Assembly: GCF_009914755.1 (NCBI RefSeq) | Contig: NC_060939.1 | Source: the human T2T-CHM13v2.0 reference genome, Homo sapiens | Direction: 5' to 3' (one strand) | Length of the DNA: 64,000 nt | In this document: piece after piece, positions 31,512-46,482 of the stretch | Layout of the letters: each line of letters begins with the position of its first letter | How positions within the stretch are numbered: position 1 is the first letter of the stretch | Notes under the pieces: generated by a model | The model's database searches: none | What the model saw: the letters and a program-made list of their open reading frames with translations, nothing else | Told to the model about the DNA's origin: nothing | Program-made: the position numbers and the translations under genes

Positions 31512-31609
31512 TAGATGATGTCAGTGATTTCTATTACATGAGGTCTGGAAGCACTCTGTACGTGATTGCTCCACGTTTAGTGGTGCTAAGTTCAAATAAT
31601 TCAGGTGGT

Positions 31610-32170
31610 GAGAAACTGACTTCCGTAGGAGTGCGGGTGTGCGTGCGTGCCGCGGAAATCCCGCCTTCTGGCACCTGCGGTTGCCCCCTGGCCTCAGCCG
31701 GTGGGCTCCCAAGTAGGAAGATAAACCGCATTGCAGGAAGCGGGAGAGTCCGGAGGAGCGGCGAAGCGCTCCTCTTCCCCATTGGCTGCGCCCACGGAGC
31801 CGCCTTGCGATTGGCCCTAAGCGCGGGTGGCGGGGGTCGGGAGAGGCGTCAGGATCCCTGGCGCCGCCTGAGCCAGCGGCTGCTAGGAGGCTGTGTCCGC
31901 AAGCCAGCGGGGCGAGGCGGCTGGGCCCTGCGCGTCAGGTCCCGGCCTGGGGCACCGGGGCTGCCAGCGTCGGAGGAGGTGCGGGCGCTGGGTTGACGGG
32001 CGGCCGAACGGGGGGCCTGCGCGGACCGCCCGCGGCGCAGCCTTGGGTCTGTCTCCATGTCTAAGTGGTGGTGGCTGTGGGTTTTTCTGCAGGTGATCCT
32101 TTTGAGTAATTTGTTTCACGCAGGCGCCCTGCTGTAGGGTAAAGCGGCAGATTCGTGCTGCTGTCATTTG
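31610..32170 (+). promoter_or_regulatory. CpG-island promoter of the HERC2 duplicate
   Basis: High GC and CpG density; two inverted CCAAT boxes (ATTGG at 31781-31785 and 31810-31814); ETS-type ACTTCCG/CGGAAA sites; lies directly upstream of HERC2-like exon 1. Confidence 0.85.
31861..31938 (+). pseudogene. HERC2-like non-coding exon 1 (start approximate)
   Basis: GCGCCGCCTGAGCCAGCGGC...CCCTGCGCGTCAG|gtcccg resembles the recalled HERC2 mRNA 5' end. Confidence 0.75.
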
Positions 32171-32192
32171 TCGTTCAAACTGTGGGCTTCTT

Positions 32193-32586
<394 letters not shown>

Positions 32587-32802
32587 CTACCTTGGAAGGA
32601 GGCTTTCCCTTCCCCACCTCCCTCTCCCTCCATCTGTTCCCTCTTTCCCTCTCTGCACTTCACTCCGGTCCCCCAGCTCTTCTCTCCCATCTTTTTGTTC
32701 TCTGTCTCTCTCTTTTGTTTTTTTTCTGCATTAAACCTTTCCGGAGTGTCTTTGTAAAATAGTAAAAAGCGTTAGGTCTTCAACATGTATGTTTACTTGC
32801 AG

Positions 32803-32905
32803 GCCTGAGAACTGGGAGGAAGCTGGAGAAAAGATGCCCTCTGAATCTTTGTGTTTGGCTGCCCAGGCTCGCCTTGACACCGAATGGTTGAAAACAGATA
32901 TACAG
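32803..32905 (+). pseudogene. HERC2-like exon 2 (ATG at 32834)
   Basis: ttgcag|GCCTGAG...AAG ATG CCC TCT GAA...ATA CAG|gtgggg; MPSESLCLAAQARLDTEWLKTDIQ. Confidence 0.93.
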
Positions 32906-33788
32906 GTGGGGTTTGACATGTGTTTTTCTTGGTGTATTTCTGCTTCCATGTTTAAATTTCTCGTGTAAGGCTTTTTTTTAGGGTATGTAAGGGGAAGTCA
33001 GTTGTATCTTGCTATATTAGAGGATCAGGTTTGTTTCCTGTAACTTAAAATGTAACAGTCTTCATGGCTGTTTTTGTAGATCGTGCAGGGCTGCCTTTTA
33101 ATTAGTTTCTTGCAAGTGCAGGAAACGAGATTTATTAATAGGCAAAATTTTTTTCTTAATTATTATTACTGGTTGAGAAATCTGCTACACTCCTAACCAT
33201 ATCATGGTGACTGTTGTTTGTTACTGATAGTTTTTGAGCTGTTGAGTTAACTGTGGAGGGCAAAATTGGAGAAGTAAGTTGCAGTAATTATGGCCGCTAG
33301 AAACTCACTCCTTTTATGAGGTCTTTTGTTTGTGTTTCTGGAGAGAAAAGAGTTAGTTCAGTTGAGCTGTTTGTTTTGTATTTGTAACCAATACAAGGAC
33401 TGAGGACAATTATGTTGAAACTGAGGTCATAATGTTGGGATCTTAAGGGCTGAAGGTTCCAAATAAATGGTATGTATAGAATTCTCTCTGACTTGAAATT
33501 TTCCCTTTCCGGACCTCCAGATGCTGAGGCTAGGAGTGTCCATATGACAGTGCCTTCCATGACTGGAGTCAGCAACCTTTTTTTTTTTTTTTTTACACGT
33601 ATCAGTAATTCATTCTCTATATTTTGAAAAGTTTTAACCTCTTCTTCCTAGCCCTCCAGTATTTGTTAATAAATTAAAACGTTTCCCAAAGTGTTTTTTG
33701 TGAAACAATAATTCTAAAAGATGCTCTAGAAAAGCTAAGTACATGGAAAAATCCAAAGTGTATATTTTATTTATTACATTTCATGAAT

Positions 33789-34090
33789 TTTTGTTTTTGT
33801 TTTTTCCTCTTGAGAGGGAGTCTTGCTCTGTCTCTCAGGCTGGAGTGCAGTGGCATGATCTTGGCTCACTGCAACCTCCGCCTCCTGGGTTCAAGCAGTT
33901 CTCTGCCTTAGCCTCCAGAGTAGCTAGGATTACAGGTGCCCTCCACCACGGCCAGCTAATTTTTGTGTTTTTAGTAGAGACAGAGTTTCACCATATTGGC
34001 CAGGCTGGTCTTGAACTCCTGACCTCATGATCCACCCTCCTTGGCCTCCCAAAGTGCTGGGATTACAGGTGTGAGCCACTGTGCCTGGAC
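33789..34090 (-). mobile_element. Alu (S-type)
   Basis: Antisense Alu. Confidence 0.92.
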
Positions 34091-34216
34091 CACATTTGAT
34101 GACTTTTTTTGTCCTTTGTTCTTTTAAAAATCATGGTTAGAAAGCAGAGCATAATTGTTCTTTACGTAGAACCCAACTGATTGGGGTTTTTAGGGAGACG
34201 TTTTGACATTCAGTAA

Positions 34217-34911
<695 letters not shown>

Positions 34912-35274
34912 TAAGCAATGTGTTTCGGTAGTATGTGTTCGATTTTCTCTATGTATACTTTGAACCCTACAGTAGTGAAAGGAAGAGTAGACAACTTTGA
35001 AGTTGTTGTGGTGTGGTCTTTGAGCTGGTGGTGCTAATTACTCTTGGTTGTTTTCGTGGCCTCCAGTGACTTCATCCTGCTTTTGCTGTTGTAAAGTGTT
35101 GTAATTTATGCTCCTGAGAATAACTCTTGAGGTGTACTTAGGGTTCTTGTCTGCTTGCTGGTGACTGTCGAAGCTTTTCATCTTGAAGAAGGGAGATGAG
35201 CAGTGTTCCAGTACACTGAGTTTAAAATTAAGAATGTTGCATTTTTTTAATGTGTAAAATTTATAGCCAGCTGT

Positions 35275-35902
35275 AGGGTAGGGGTGGCCTACTTTCTCTA
35301 AAGGGCCAGAAAGTAAATATTTTAAGGTCTCAATGGACCCTATGGTCTCTGTCATAGCCATGAGACCTTGCAGATTTAGTGCCAAAGTAGCCACAGACAA
35401 TACCACGTCAGCGGGCAGGGGACGTTCATTCTGTAAAGTGTATTTATGGACACCAAAAGATGAAGTCCACCGAATGTTTGCAAGTCACAAAATACTGTTT
35501 TTCTTTTGAATGTTTTTCAATTATTAAAAAATATAAAATACAGTGGCCGGGCATGGTGGCTCACACCTGTAATCCCAGCACTTTTAGAGGCTGAGGCAGG
35601 CGGATCACCTGAGGTCAGGAGTTCGAGACCAGCCTGGCCAGCATGGTGAAACCCCATCTCTACTAAAAACAAAAAATTAGCGGGGCATGGTGATGCACGC
35701 CTGTAATCCCAGCTCCTCGGAGGCTGAGGCAGGAGAATCACTTGAACCTGGGAGAATCGCTTGAGCCTGGGAGGCAGAGGTTGTGATGAGCCAAGACTCT
35801 GTCTCAAAAGAACAACAAAAATAAAATACTTTCTCTGCGTTCAGACCATACACAAAGAGGCTGTGGGCTGGGTTTGGCCCCTGGGCTGTGGTTAGTGACC
35901 CC
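35275..35902 (-). mobile_element. MER58B-like element split by an Alu (35545-35825, +)
   Basis: AAAGGGCCAGAAAGTAAATATTTTA...; resumes after the Alu as TTTGGCCCCTGGGCTGTGGTTAGTGACCCC; TSD-like ATAAAATAC. Confidence 0.7.
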
Positions 35903-36088
35903 AAACACACACACACATACACACACGTAGGGCAGAGTCTGGCATTTAGAGCCAGCACCTGTGTTCTCACCTGAGCTGTGTTCCTGGCTGGGTTCTGCTG
36001 TGTATTCTGTGACCCAAGATGTCTGTCTACCTTGGTAAACTGGAGACAACAAAGCCTGCCTCCTTCAAGGTTGTTTGTAAAGATTTAA

Positions 36089-36464
<376 letters not shown>

Positions 36465-36710
36465 TAGCTGCTTTTTTCCCCCATTCATTTCCTACCTTTC
36501 TGTGTATGATTTCTGAATTAAATGTATTTCATGTCTTAACCTTCTGAATTGTTTGTCCTCTCATTTTCCATGTTGTTAAGGAAAATAAGAGGCTAAGTGA
36601 GACGTATTAAATTTGTATGTAGTTTCTCAGATCAGGATAAATGCTCACCTGTTGCAGAACGGGACTCTGCTCTTGCTTCACCCAGGATGCCTTTCCTAGT
36701 TCCTTCCTAG

Positions 36711-37123
<413 letters not shown>

Positions 37124-37129
37124 AACATA

Positions 37130-37905
37130 TTTTTATTAAAAAACTTATATGAAATTTATTTTATTGTGGTATGTAGTTCAGTAAATTTTGACCTCTATAG
37201 ATTCGTGTAACCCCCATCATCATCAGGGTGGAGAATTTTCTTCACCCCGAAAGCTCCCTTGTGCTGCTCCTTTTTATCACGTGTTCCCTGGTCTCATACC
37301 CTGGCAACCACTGATCTGTTCTCCATCAGTATAGGGTATTCTTTTTGAGAATGTCATGTGAGTGGAACCATATTTTAAGTAACGTTTTGAAACCATCTTC
37401 ATTTACTCCCAGTTATATGTTTGAGATTTATCTGCTGTTCTATGTATTAATAGTTGTTTTTATTGCTGATTAGTATTTCATCATTTGGATGTACCACATG
37501 GTGTTTATCCATTCTGCCATTGTAGGACCTTGTGGTTGTTTCCATTTTTCTTTCCCAATTGTAATCCTACTGTGAGCATTTCTCTACAGATTTTATGTGA
37601 ATATAGTTTCCATTTCCCTAGGATAAAGACCTAGTAGTGTGAAAGTTGGGTCATGTGCTGAACTGTTTTCCGAAGTGGCTGTTTTAGTTTGCATTCCCAC
37701 TGGCAATCTGTCACGTTTCTGTTGCTCTGTGTCTTTGTTAGCACTTGGTGTTATCAGTGTTTTTTAGTTGAGCCATTCTAACAAGTCTAGTGGGATCTCA
37801 TTGTGGTTTTAATTTGCACTTCCGTAATGGCTAAGAATGCTGAATATCGTGTTCTTCTTTGCCACTCTTGTATCCTCTGTGAAGTTTCTGTTCAGATCTT
37901 TTGCA
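37130..37905 (-). mobile_element. Old L1M 3' fragment
   Basis: TGCATTCCCAC...CTCATTGTGGTTTTAATTTGCA antisense ORF2/3'UTR motifs. Confidence 0.75.
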
Positions 37906-38207
37906 CAGAAAAAGCTGTATCATGGAACCAGTAAAATAACCAAGGAGAGGTTGATTAAAGTTCTGTTTATAACCCTAGAAGATTCCTGCCCTAGGGATAT
38001 GGGATGGCTGAACGTAGGACACCGACACTGGACAGATGAAATAGCAGTTTATTAGTCACGCATGCTCACAGCCCTGGGGTGGGGGATACCGCATGCCATT
38101 CAGTTAATGATGTGTGTTGTAACTTTTCGGGGAGGGACATTTGCAGAGACTAATGGTATGACATTCTGAAAAGCGGTGACAGATTAAAAAATTTTTTAAT
38201 TCTGCAG

Positions 38208-38342
38208 ATGATAGTGTCGAACCAAGTGGAACAAAGAAAGAAGATCTGAATGACAAAGAGAAAAAAGATGAAGACGAAACTCCTGCACCTGTATATAGGG
38301 CCAAGTCAATTCTGGAGACCTGGGTGTGGGTCAAGCAACCAG
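38208..38342 (+). pseudogene. HERC2-like exon 4
   Basis: ctgcag|ATGATAGT...CAACCAG|gtaatc; the HERC2 frame reads (D)DSVEPSGTKKEDLNDKEKKDEDETPAPVYRAKSILETWVWVKQP. Confidence 0.93.
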
Positions 38343-38449
38343 GTAATCTTCTGAGTTTTGGCATTTTGGAAAGCTTGATCTGACGCTCCTTTTCTAAATA
38401 ACTTGGATGGATTATTCGTATTTTTTGGTAACAATTTAAAAAAATGTAA

Positions 38450-39315
<866 letters not shown>

Positions 39316-39317
39316 CT

Positions 39318-39462
39318 TATTATTGTTGTTTTTGAGATTGGGTCTCACTCTGTCACTCAGGCTGGAATGCGTTGATGTAATCATAGCTCACTGCAGCCTT
39401 GAGCTCCTGGGCTCCAGTGACCTTCTTGCCTCAGCCTCTCAAGTAGCTAGGACTAGAGGCGC
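39318..39462 (-). mobile_element. Partial AluJ
   Basis: Right arm only. Confidence 0.8.
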
Positions 39463-40524
39463 AGGGAATTTCTCATCTTCTCTCTACTGCCTCTGAGTTG
39501 GAGATGTCAGAGGGAGCCATGGCCCACTGTAAAGTAACACAATGTCCCCACCCACAGGGTTAGAACCCCTCTTCTGGTGGCAGCTCTGAGGGGAGCAGTC
39601 ACATGTGGAGAGTACAGGGCTCTGTGTCCAGCTGGGGGAAGGAGGTTACCAAGGGGGTTGACCCCCCTCTGGCCAGGTGGCTGCCTTCTGACACACCAGT
39701 CTCTCTCTCTAGCACGGTGGCCCCTACACACCCAGCCTGTCAAACCTTCAGCCCTCAGGAAGGCTTTGGCCAAATCCATGAGCGGCTCCCTCTGTTAAGA
39801 AGGAAGCACAGCTGAAGCATGAGGAGGGCAGTAGAGTGTGTATGCTCTGCCGCGTCTCCCCACAGTCTGACCAGAAGGAAGGGGCCTTTCAGCCAGGCTC
39901 ACCCAGGCTGGGGTTGGAGTGTCAGCATCAAGCCAATGTCTTCTTGCTTAATGAGTGAGCCCAGCTGCTCCCGTGCAGCTGCCACCATAGTGAGGGTGAA
40001 CCAGCAGGAGGCTCCACGGCACTTTCAGGCTCAGGCTGCCTGGTGAGATCTACTCTGTGGGCTCTGTAGGCTGGTAGAGGCTTCCAGGAGGAGGAGGGGA
40101 TGCAGCCACCAGTCCCCACTCCTGGGAGTCGTATTTCTGAAAGCTTGGGTATACAGTAAATATTAGGCTGTGGGCTGGTTTATCTATGGATTTGATGTGG
40201 GAGGGTTATAGGTACAAGCAGTTTAAAGATGGAAATTTTGAGAGAACAGGAAGGGATTTAGTGCTGGGTAAGGCAAGCAGGCTTGTCAAAGCAGCTCTTT
40301 TGGGGAGGCCAGAATCCTGTACAAATGTCCTCAGCATGTTCATCAGCTGCTGGGGGAGTGCCGGACAGGATGAAAGCACAGGAGAACTTTCTGGATGATA
40401 AATGTTCCATATCTTCAAAGGAGGTGGGTTACATGGGTAATGCATTTGTTAAAAGTCATCAAAATGTAAACCAGATCTGTGCATTTCACGGAATAGGAAT
40501 TATACCTCAAATTAGAAACATTTA

Positions 40525-40832
<308 letters not shown>

Positions 40833-41475
40833 GGGTTTTCAACATTCATTAAAGGCAGAGTAGCTTGTTATAGACTAGCCTCCCCACAGGAACAGTTAGA
40901 AAAACTGGACAAAAATGTGTCCCCCCTTCCCCCCACCATCAAAAACAATTGTTGGAAGGTAATTGGGGACCTCAGCCAGGACTTGAGTGACCAGGCCTAG
41001 GAGGTGATCCTGACAGTCCTTAGTGCTTTTCCCACATTTGGTGATCGGTCAACAGTAGAGGGCTAAGAGGCTAAGAAACTGAGTATGAAGTGATAGTTAA
41101 GAGGCTGGAGAGCCTAGCTGAATGTTTGGCACTCTCACAGGGCTGAAATGACATAATGAGAATTTGGGTCCCAGTAAGGAGATGAGACCTTGGTGGGGAT
41201 CCTGGAAGGGCCACCCCTAAGAGTCCAAAAGAATAAAAAATAGACCAGCTGTCACAAAAACTAAAACCTGCTTTGAGCCAGCTTAGTCCCAAACTAGATG
41301 AAAGCGATCTGCTTGAACGCCAATTGTGTGCCATAAAGTCAAAGTCAATACTCTCTGGAGACACATAAAACTTTACTAGGCATGCCATAAGACAAGACAA
41401 CACAAGACGAAAGGAGAAAACAAACAAAAAAAACAATAGAAACATACATAGATATTAGAGTCCTCAGGTAGAAAA

Positions 41476-41647
41476 TTTTTTTTTTTTTTTTTGAAATGGG
41501 AGTTTCACTCTGTCACCCAGACTGGAGTGCAGTGGTGTGATCTCGGCTCACTGCAACCTCAACCTCCCACGTAGCTGGGATTGGTGATCCACCCGCCTAG
41601 GCCTCCCAAAGTGGTGTGATTACAGGTGCAGGCCACCGTGCCCGGCC
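41476..41647 (-). mobile_element. Internally deleted Alu
   Basis: Alu ends joined at GTAGCTGGGATT/GGTGATCC. Confidence 0.85.
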
Positions 41648-41760
41648 AGTATTTTGCCACAATTTAAAATACATTTTCTTTTTTTCAAGTTTGTTCTCAG
41701 ACTATATTCACAAGGTCACATGGCGGCTTACACTTCTGTAGGCCTTGTTGACCGTTCTTT

Positions 41761-44700
41761 TTAGATATTGATGATCTTGATCTTTTTCTTGTCTCCTCGG
41801 TAGAAGAATGGGATGCAGGAGGTGCTGCCTAAGCCTGGGCGCTCCTGGGCGTTCTTCATTCCAGGGGGCAGCTGCATGATCTGCTGTGCAGTGTGGCGGT
41901 CATGGGAATAACCCTTCCCGGCTTCTCGTGCAGGCTCCAGGCTGCCAGGGTGGCTCATATCACAAGGATATTTGGAGGGAGGGAGGCAGGGCTCTGAGCA
42001 CCGCTCCTCCTGCATCTTCTCCTCCTGCTCTCCCATCCTCTCCTTCTTCTCCCCCATCTTCTCCACCTGCCCCCGGATCTTCTCCTCCTCCTCCTGCATC
42101 TTCTCATACTCATCCCACAGCCTCTCCTCCTTGAATCGCAGCCTCTCGACCTGCTTCCGCATCTGCTCCTCCTGCTCCCCCATCTGCTCCTCCTGCTTCC
42201 TCATCTGCTCCTCCTGCTCCCCCATCTGCTCCTCCTGCTTCCGCATCTGCTCCTCCTGCTCCCCCATCTGCTCCTCCTGCTTCCGCATCTGCTCCTCCTG
42301 CTCCCACATCTGCTCCTCCTGCTCCCCCATCTGCTCCTCCTGCTCCCCCATCTGCTCCTCCTGCTTCCCCATCTGCTCCTCCTGCTCCCCCATCTGCTCC
42401 TCCTGCTTCCTCATCTGCTCCTCCTGCTCCCCCATCTGCTCCTCCTGCTTCCGCATCTGCTCCTCCTGCTCCCGCATCTGCTCCTCCTGCTCCCCCACCT
42501 GCTCCTCCTGCTTCCGCATCTGCTCCTCCTGCTTCCGCATCTGCTCCTCCTGCTTCAGCATCTGCTCCTCCTGCTCCCCCATCTGCTCCTCCTGCTTCCG
42601 CATCTGCTCCTCCTGCTCCCCCATCTGCTCCTCCTGCTCCCCCATCTGCTCCTCCTGCTTCCGCATCTGCTCCTCCTGCTTCCGCATCTGCTCCTCCTGC
42701 TCCCCCATCTGCTCCTCCTTCTCCCCCATCTGCTCCTCCTGCTTCTGCATCTGCTCCTCCTGCTCCCCCATCTGCTCCTCCTGCTCCCTCATCTGCTCCT
42801 CCTGCTCCCCCACCTGCTCCTCTTGCTCCCGCACCTGCTCCTCCTGCTCCATCTGCTCCTCCTGCTTCCGCATCTGCTCCTCCTGCTTTTGCACCTGCTC
42901 CTCCTGCTTCCGCATCTGCTCCTCCTGCTCCCCCATTTGCTCCTCCTGCTCCCCCATTTGCTCCTCCTGCTTCCGCATCTGCTCCTTCTGCTCCCCCATT
43001 TGCTCCTCCTGCTTCTGCATCTGCTCCTCCTGCTTCCGCATCTGCTCCTCCTGCTCCCCCATCTGCTCCTCCTGCTCCCCCATCTGCTCCTTCTGCTTCA
43101 GCATCTGCTTCTCCTGCTTCCGCATCTGCTCCTCCTGCTCCCCCATCTGCTCCTCCTGCTCCCGCACCTGCTCCTCCTGCTCCCCCATCTGCTCCTCCTG
43201 CTTCCGCATCTGCTCCTCCTGCTTCCGCATCTGCTCCTCCTGCTTCCGCATCTGCTCCTTCTGCTCCCCCATGTGCTCCTCCTGCTTCCGCATCTGCTCC
43301 TTCTGCTCCCCCATTTGCTCCTCCTGCTCCCGCATCTGCTCCTTCTGCTCCCCCATTTGCTCCTTCTGCTCCCCCATTTGCTCCTCCTGCTTCCGCATCT
43401 GCTCCTCCTGCTTCCGCATCTGCTCCTCCTGCTTCCGCATCTGCTCCTCCTGCTTTCGCACCTGCTCCTCCTGCTTCTGCATCTGCTCCTCCTGCTCCCC
43501 CATTTGCTCCTCCTGCTTCCACATCTGCTCCTTCTGCTCCCACATTTGCTCCTTCTGCTCCCACATCTGTTCCTCCTGCTTCCCCATCTGCTCCTCCTGC
43601 TCCCGCATCTGCTCCTCCTGCTCCCGCATCTGCTCCTCCTGCTCCCGCATCTGCTCCTCCTGCTCCCGCATCTGCTCCTCCTGCTCCCCCGTCTGCTCCT
43701 CCTGCTCCGTCTGCTCCTTCTGCTTCAGCATCTGCTCCTCCTGCTCCCGCATCTGCTCCTCCTGCTCCCGCATCTGCTCCTCCTGCTTCCGCATCTGCTC
43801 CTCCTGCTTTTGCACCTGCTCCTCCTGCTTCTGCATCTGCTCCTCCTGCTCCCCCATTTGCTCCTCCTGCTTCCGCATCTGCTCCTTCTGCTCCCCCATT
43901 TGCTCCTCCTGCTTCTGCATCTGCTCCTCCTACTCCCCCATCTGCTCCTCCTGCTCCCCCATCTGCTCCTCCTGCTCCCCCATCTGCCCCTCCTGCTCCC
44001 CCATCTGCCCCTCCTGCTCCCCCATCTGCCCCTCCTGCTCCCGCACCTGCCCCTCCTGCTCCCGCACCTGCCCCTCCTGCTCCCGCACCTGCCCCTCCTG
44101 CTCCCGCACCTGCCCCTCCTGCTCCCGCACCTGCCCCTCCTGCTCCCGCACCTGCCCCTCCTGCTCCCGCACCTGCCCCTCCTGCTCCCGCACCTGCCCC
44201 TCCTGCTCCCGCACCTGCCCCTCCTGCTCCCGCACCTGCCCCTCCTGCTCCCGCACCTGCCCCTCCTGCTCCCGCACCTGCCCCTCCTGCTCCCGCACCT
44301 GCCCCTCCTGCTCCCGCACCTGCCCCTCCTGCTCCCGCACCTGCCCCTCCTGCTCCCGCACCTGCCCCTCCTGCTCCCGCACCTGCCCCTCCTGCTCCCG
44401 CACCTGCCCCTCCTGCTCCCGCACCTGCCCCTCCTGCTCCCGCACCTGCCCCTCCTGCTCCCGCACCTGCCCCTCCTGCTCCCGCACCTGCCCCTCCTGC
44501 TCCCGCACCTGCCCCTCCTGCTTCCGCACCTGCCCCTCCTGCTTCCGCACCTGCCCCTCCTGCTCCCGCATCTGCTCCTCCTGCTCCCGCATCTGCTGCT
44601 CCTGCTCCCGCATTTGCTGCTCCTGCTCCCACAGCTCCTTCTCCTGGTCCCGCAGCCTCTGCTCCTGTCACCACATCTTCTCCTTGTGCTTCCGTAGCTT

Positions 44701-44763
44701 CTCCTGATCCTGTAGCTCCTCCTTCTGCCTCCACATCTTCTCCTGCAAAGTGTTGGTTTGAAC
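41761..44763 (-). pseudogene. Golgin terminal exon, 3003 nt in a single frame, heptad coiled-coil repeats
   Basis: ttgag|GTTCAAACC (VQTNTLQEKMW...) runs to ...KKKIKIINI*. ORFs 43930..44613 and 41761..43920 share this frame. Confidence 0.92.
42150..44630 (-). repeat. 21-bp coding minisatellite (VNTR), consensus CAGGAGGAGCAGATG(CGG/GGG)(G/A)AG = QEEQM(R/G)(E/K)
   Basis: Roughly 115-120 tandem units; 22 perfect copies of CACCTGCCCCTCCTGCTCCCG at 44044-44505. Confidence 0.98.
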
Positions 44764-45749
44764 CTCAAAAGGAAATAGAGTCATAAGCTAGGTATATAAA
44801 TGTAATCTATAAAATAACGGTTTTCGTCTATGATTCTTTAAAAAGAAATTTTAAGCCCTAACCCTGAGGTTCTGATTTCCCAGGCATGGTCCCAAATTGT
44901 AGATTTTTAGCACACTCTAGAGGATTCTATGGTGGGACCAGAACAAGGACTCAAATTTTCCAGCTCTTGGCTGGAGCCTCCCCACACCCTGCATGATCCC
45001 TAGACCATGTCCCAGCCGGATGCGGCTCCCACACCCCCGGGGCTGCAGCCGCTCACCTGTGGCAGCGGGATTTTGTCCGTCTCCAGTTTCCTTTTTAGCT
45101 CCTTGATGTGGAGCTGGATCTCAGACTTTTCAGTTTCTACCAGTTGAAGTTCTTCTTGTAGTTCGGCATTTTTCTCCTTCAGCTCCTCATTGGTTATGCT
45201 ATGGCCGGAGGCAGTAGAGAAAGGAATGAACGAAGAACAGAAAGGACCGCTTTGGTGATCGACCCTCTACCCTCGCCCCACAACCACAGAACCGTGGCAT
45301 TGGAAGGGACCCCAGGAATTAAAAGTCCCAGGTGGCAGGCCAGAGAGAAGACATGAGTTGCCTGAGGCTACCCCATGAGTCAGTGGCACAGCCGTCACTG
45401 GAGCTTCCCTGCACACACATGTAAACCTGTATGACCCCCTACCATGCTCACCTGTACCCCCCACCTCCCAGCACACCACCCACGCTAAGGGCCCCCAGAC
45501 CTCCCATCCCACCTTCCCCCATCCTACGTGTTCCTGTACAGTTCCAGACTCATGGCTTCCCTCTCCTTTGTTAACTCCTCGATGTACTGCAAATAGAGAA
45601 AGGTCAAGTCAGGATACAGCAGGCAGAGGAGCAGCTGGACGACCAGTAACGACAGCTACACTGATACTCCACAGTAACACTTGCTCCCTCTCAGTCACAC
45701 CCGACATGTTCTCAAGGCGTTTCCAAACCCATGGTCTCATTTGTTTTTC

Positions 45750-45921
<172 letters not shown>

Positions 45922-46447
45922 CTCACTTGTTTTTCAGAGAACTCAGTAAGGGTGGAAGGCACAGGGAAAGAGACTGAATTGATAGCTGGCTAACGGGCCC
46001 AGAGCGATCAGATAATATTGCTATTGTTATTACTGTTATTACTACCACTGTTGGAACCTTTCTTGAGTGCTTCACCAGGCACTATGCTAACAATCCCATT
46101 TAATCCTCACAGCCACCACAGGAGACAGTTATCATTATCACCTCTATTGTGTAGATGAAGAACATGGGGTATTAAAGGTTAAGTGCTTGCCTAAGATCAC
46201 TTAGAGCTGGGATTTCAACACCCAGGTATATCTGATTCTCTAAACCCATTCTTTTGGTTGGGGGTAGGGGCACAGATAAGGAGGAGGAAATTAATCCTTT
46301 GTTGACTTTTTGAAAGAATGATACATTGGCATAGTCCAAACCTCAGAAGGTACAGAAGGGAAATATCTTCCCCCAACACTGTTCCTCTCTCCTGAGTTTT
46401 TTATGAATCCTTACAAACATGTTTTATGTATATTACCATAATACGTA

Positions 46448-46450
<3 letters not shown>

Positions 46451-46480
<30 letters not shown>
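46451..46480. repeat. (AC)15 microsatellite
   Basis: Read directly from the sequence. Confidence 0.97.

Positions 46481-46482
<2 letters not shown>

Noticed and set aside
31427-31996. 189-aa ORF across the HERC2-like promoter
   Set aside because: It starts at GTG inside an Alu and runs through a CpG island, with no recognisable protein features.
41761-43920. 719-aa ORF as a stand-alone intact gene
   Set aside because: It is the distal part of golgin exon 9 after an internal TAG, with no promoter or splice acceptor of its own evident.
42150-44630. CRISPR-like array
   Set aside because: The 21-bp units are contiguous with no unique spacers; this is a eukaryotic coding minisatellite.
41972-44707. 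911-aa Cys/Ser ORF as a keratin-associated or metallothionein-like gene
   Set aside because: It is the antisense reading of the golgin VNTR, starts at TTG, and has no independent gene structure.
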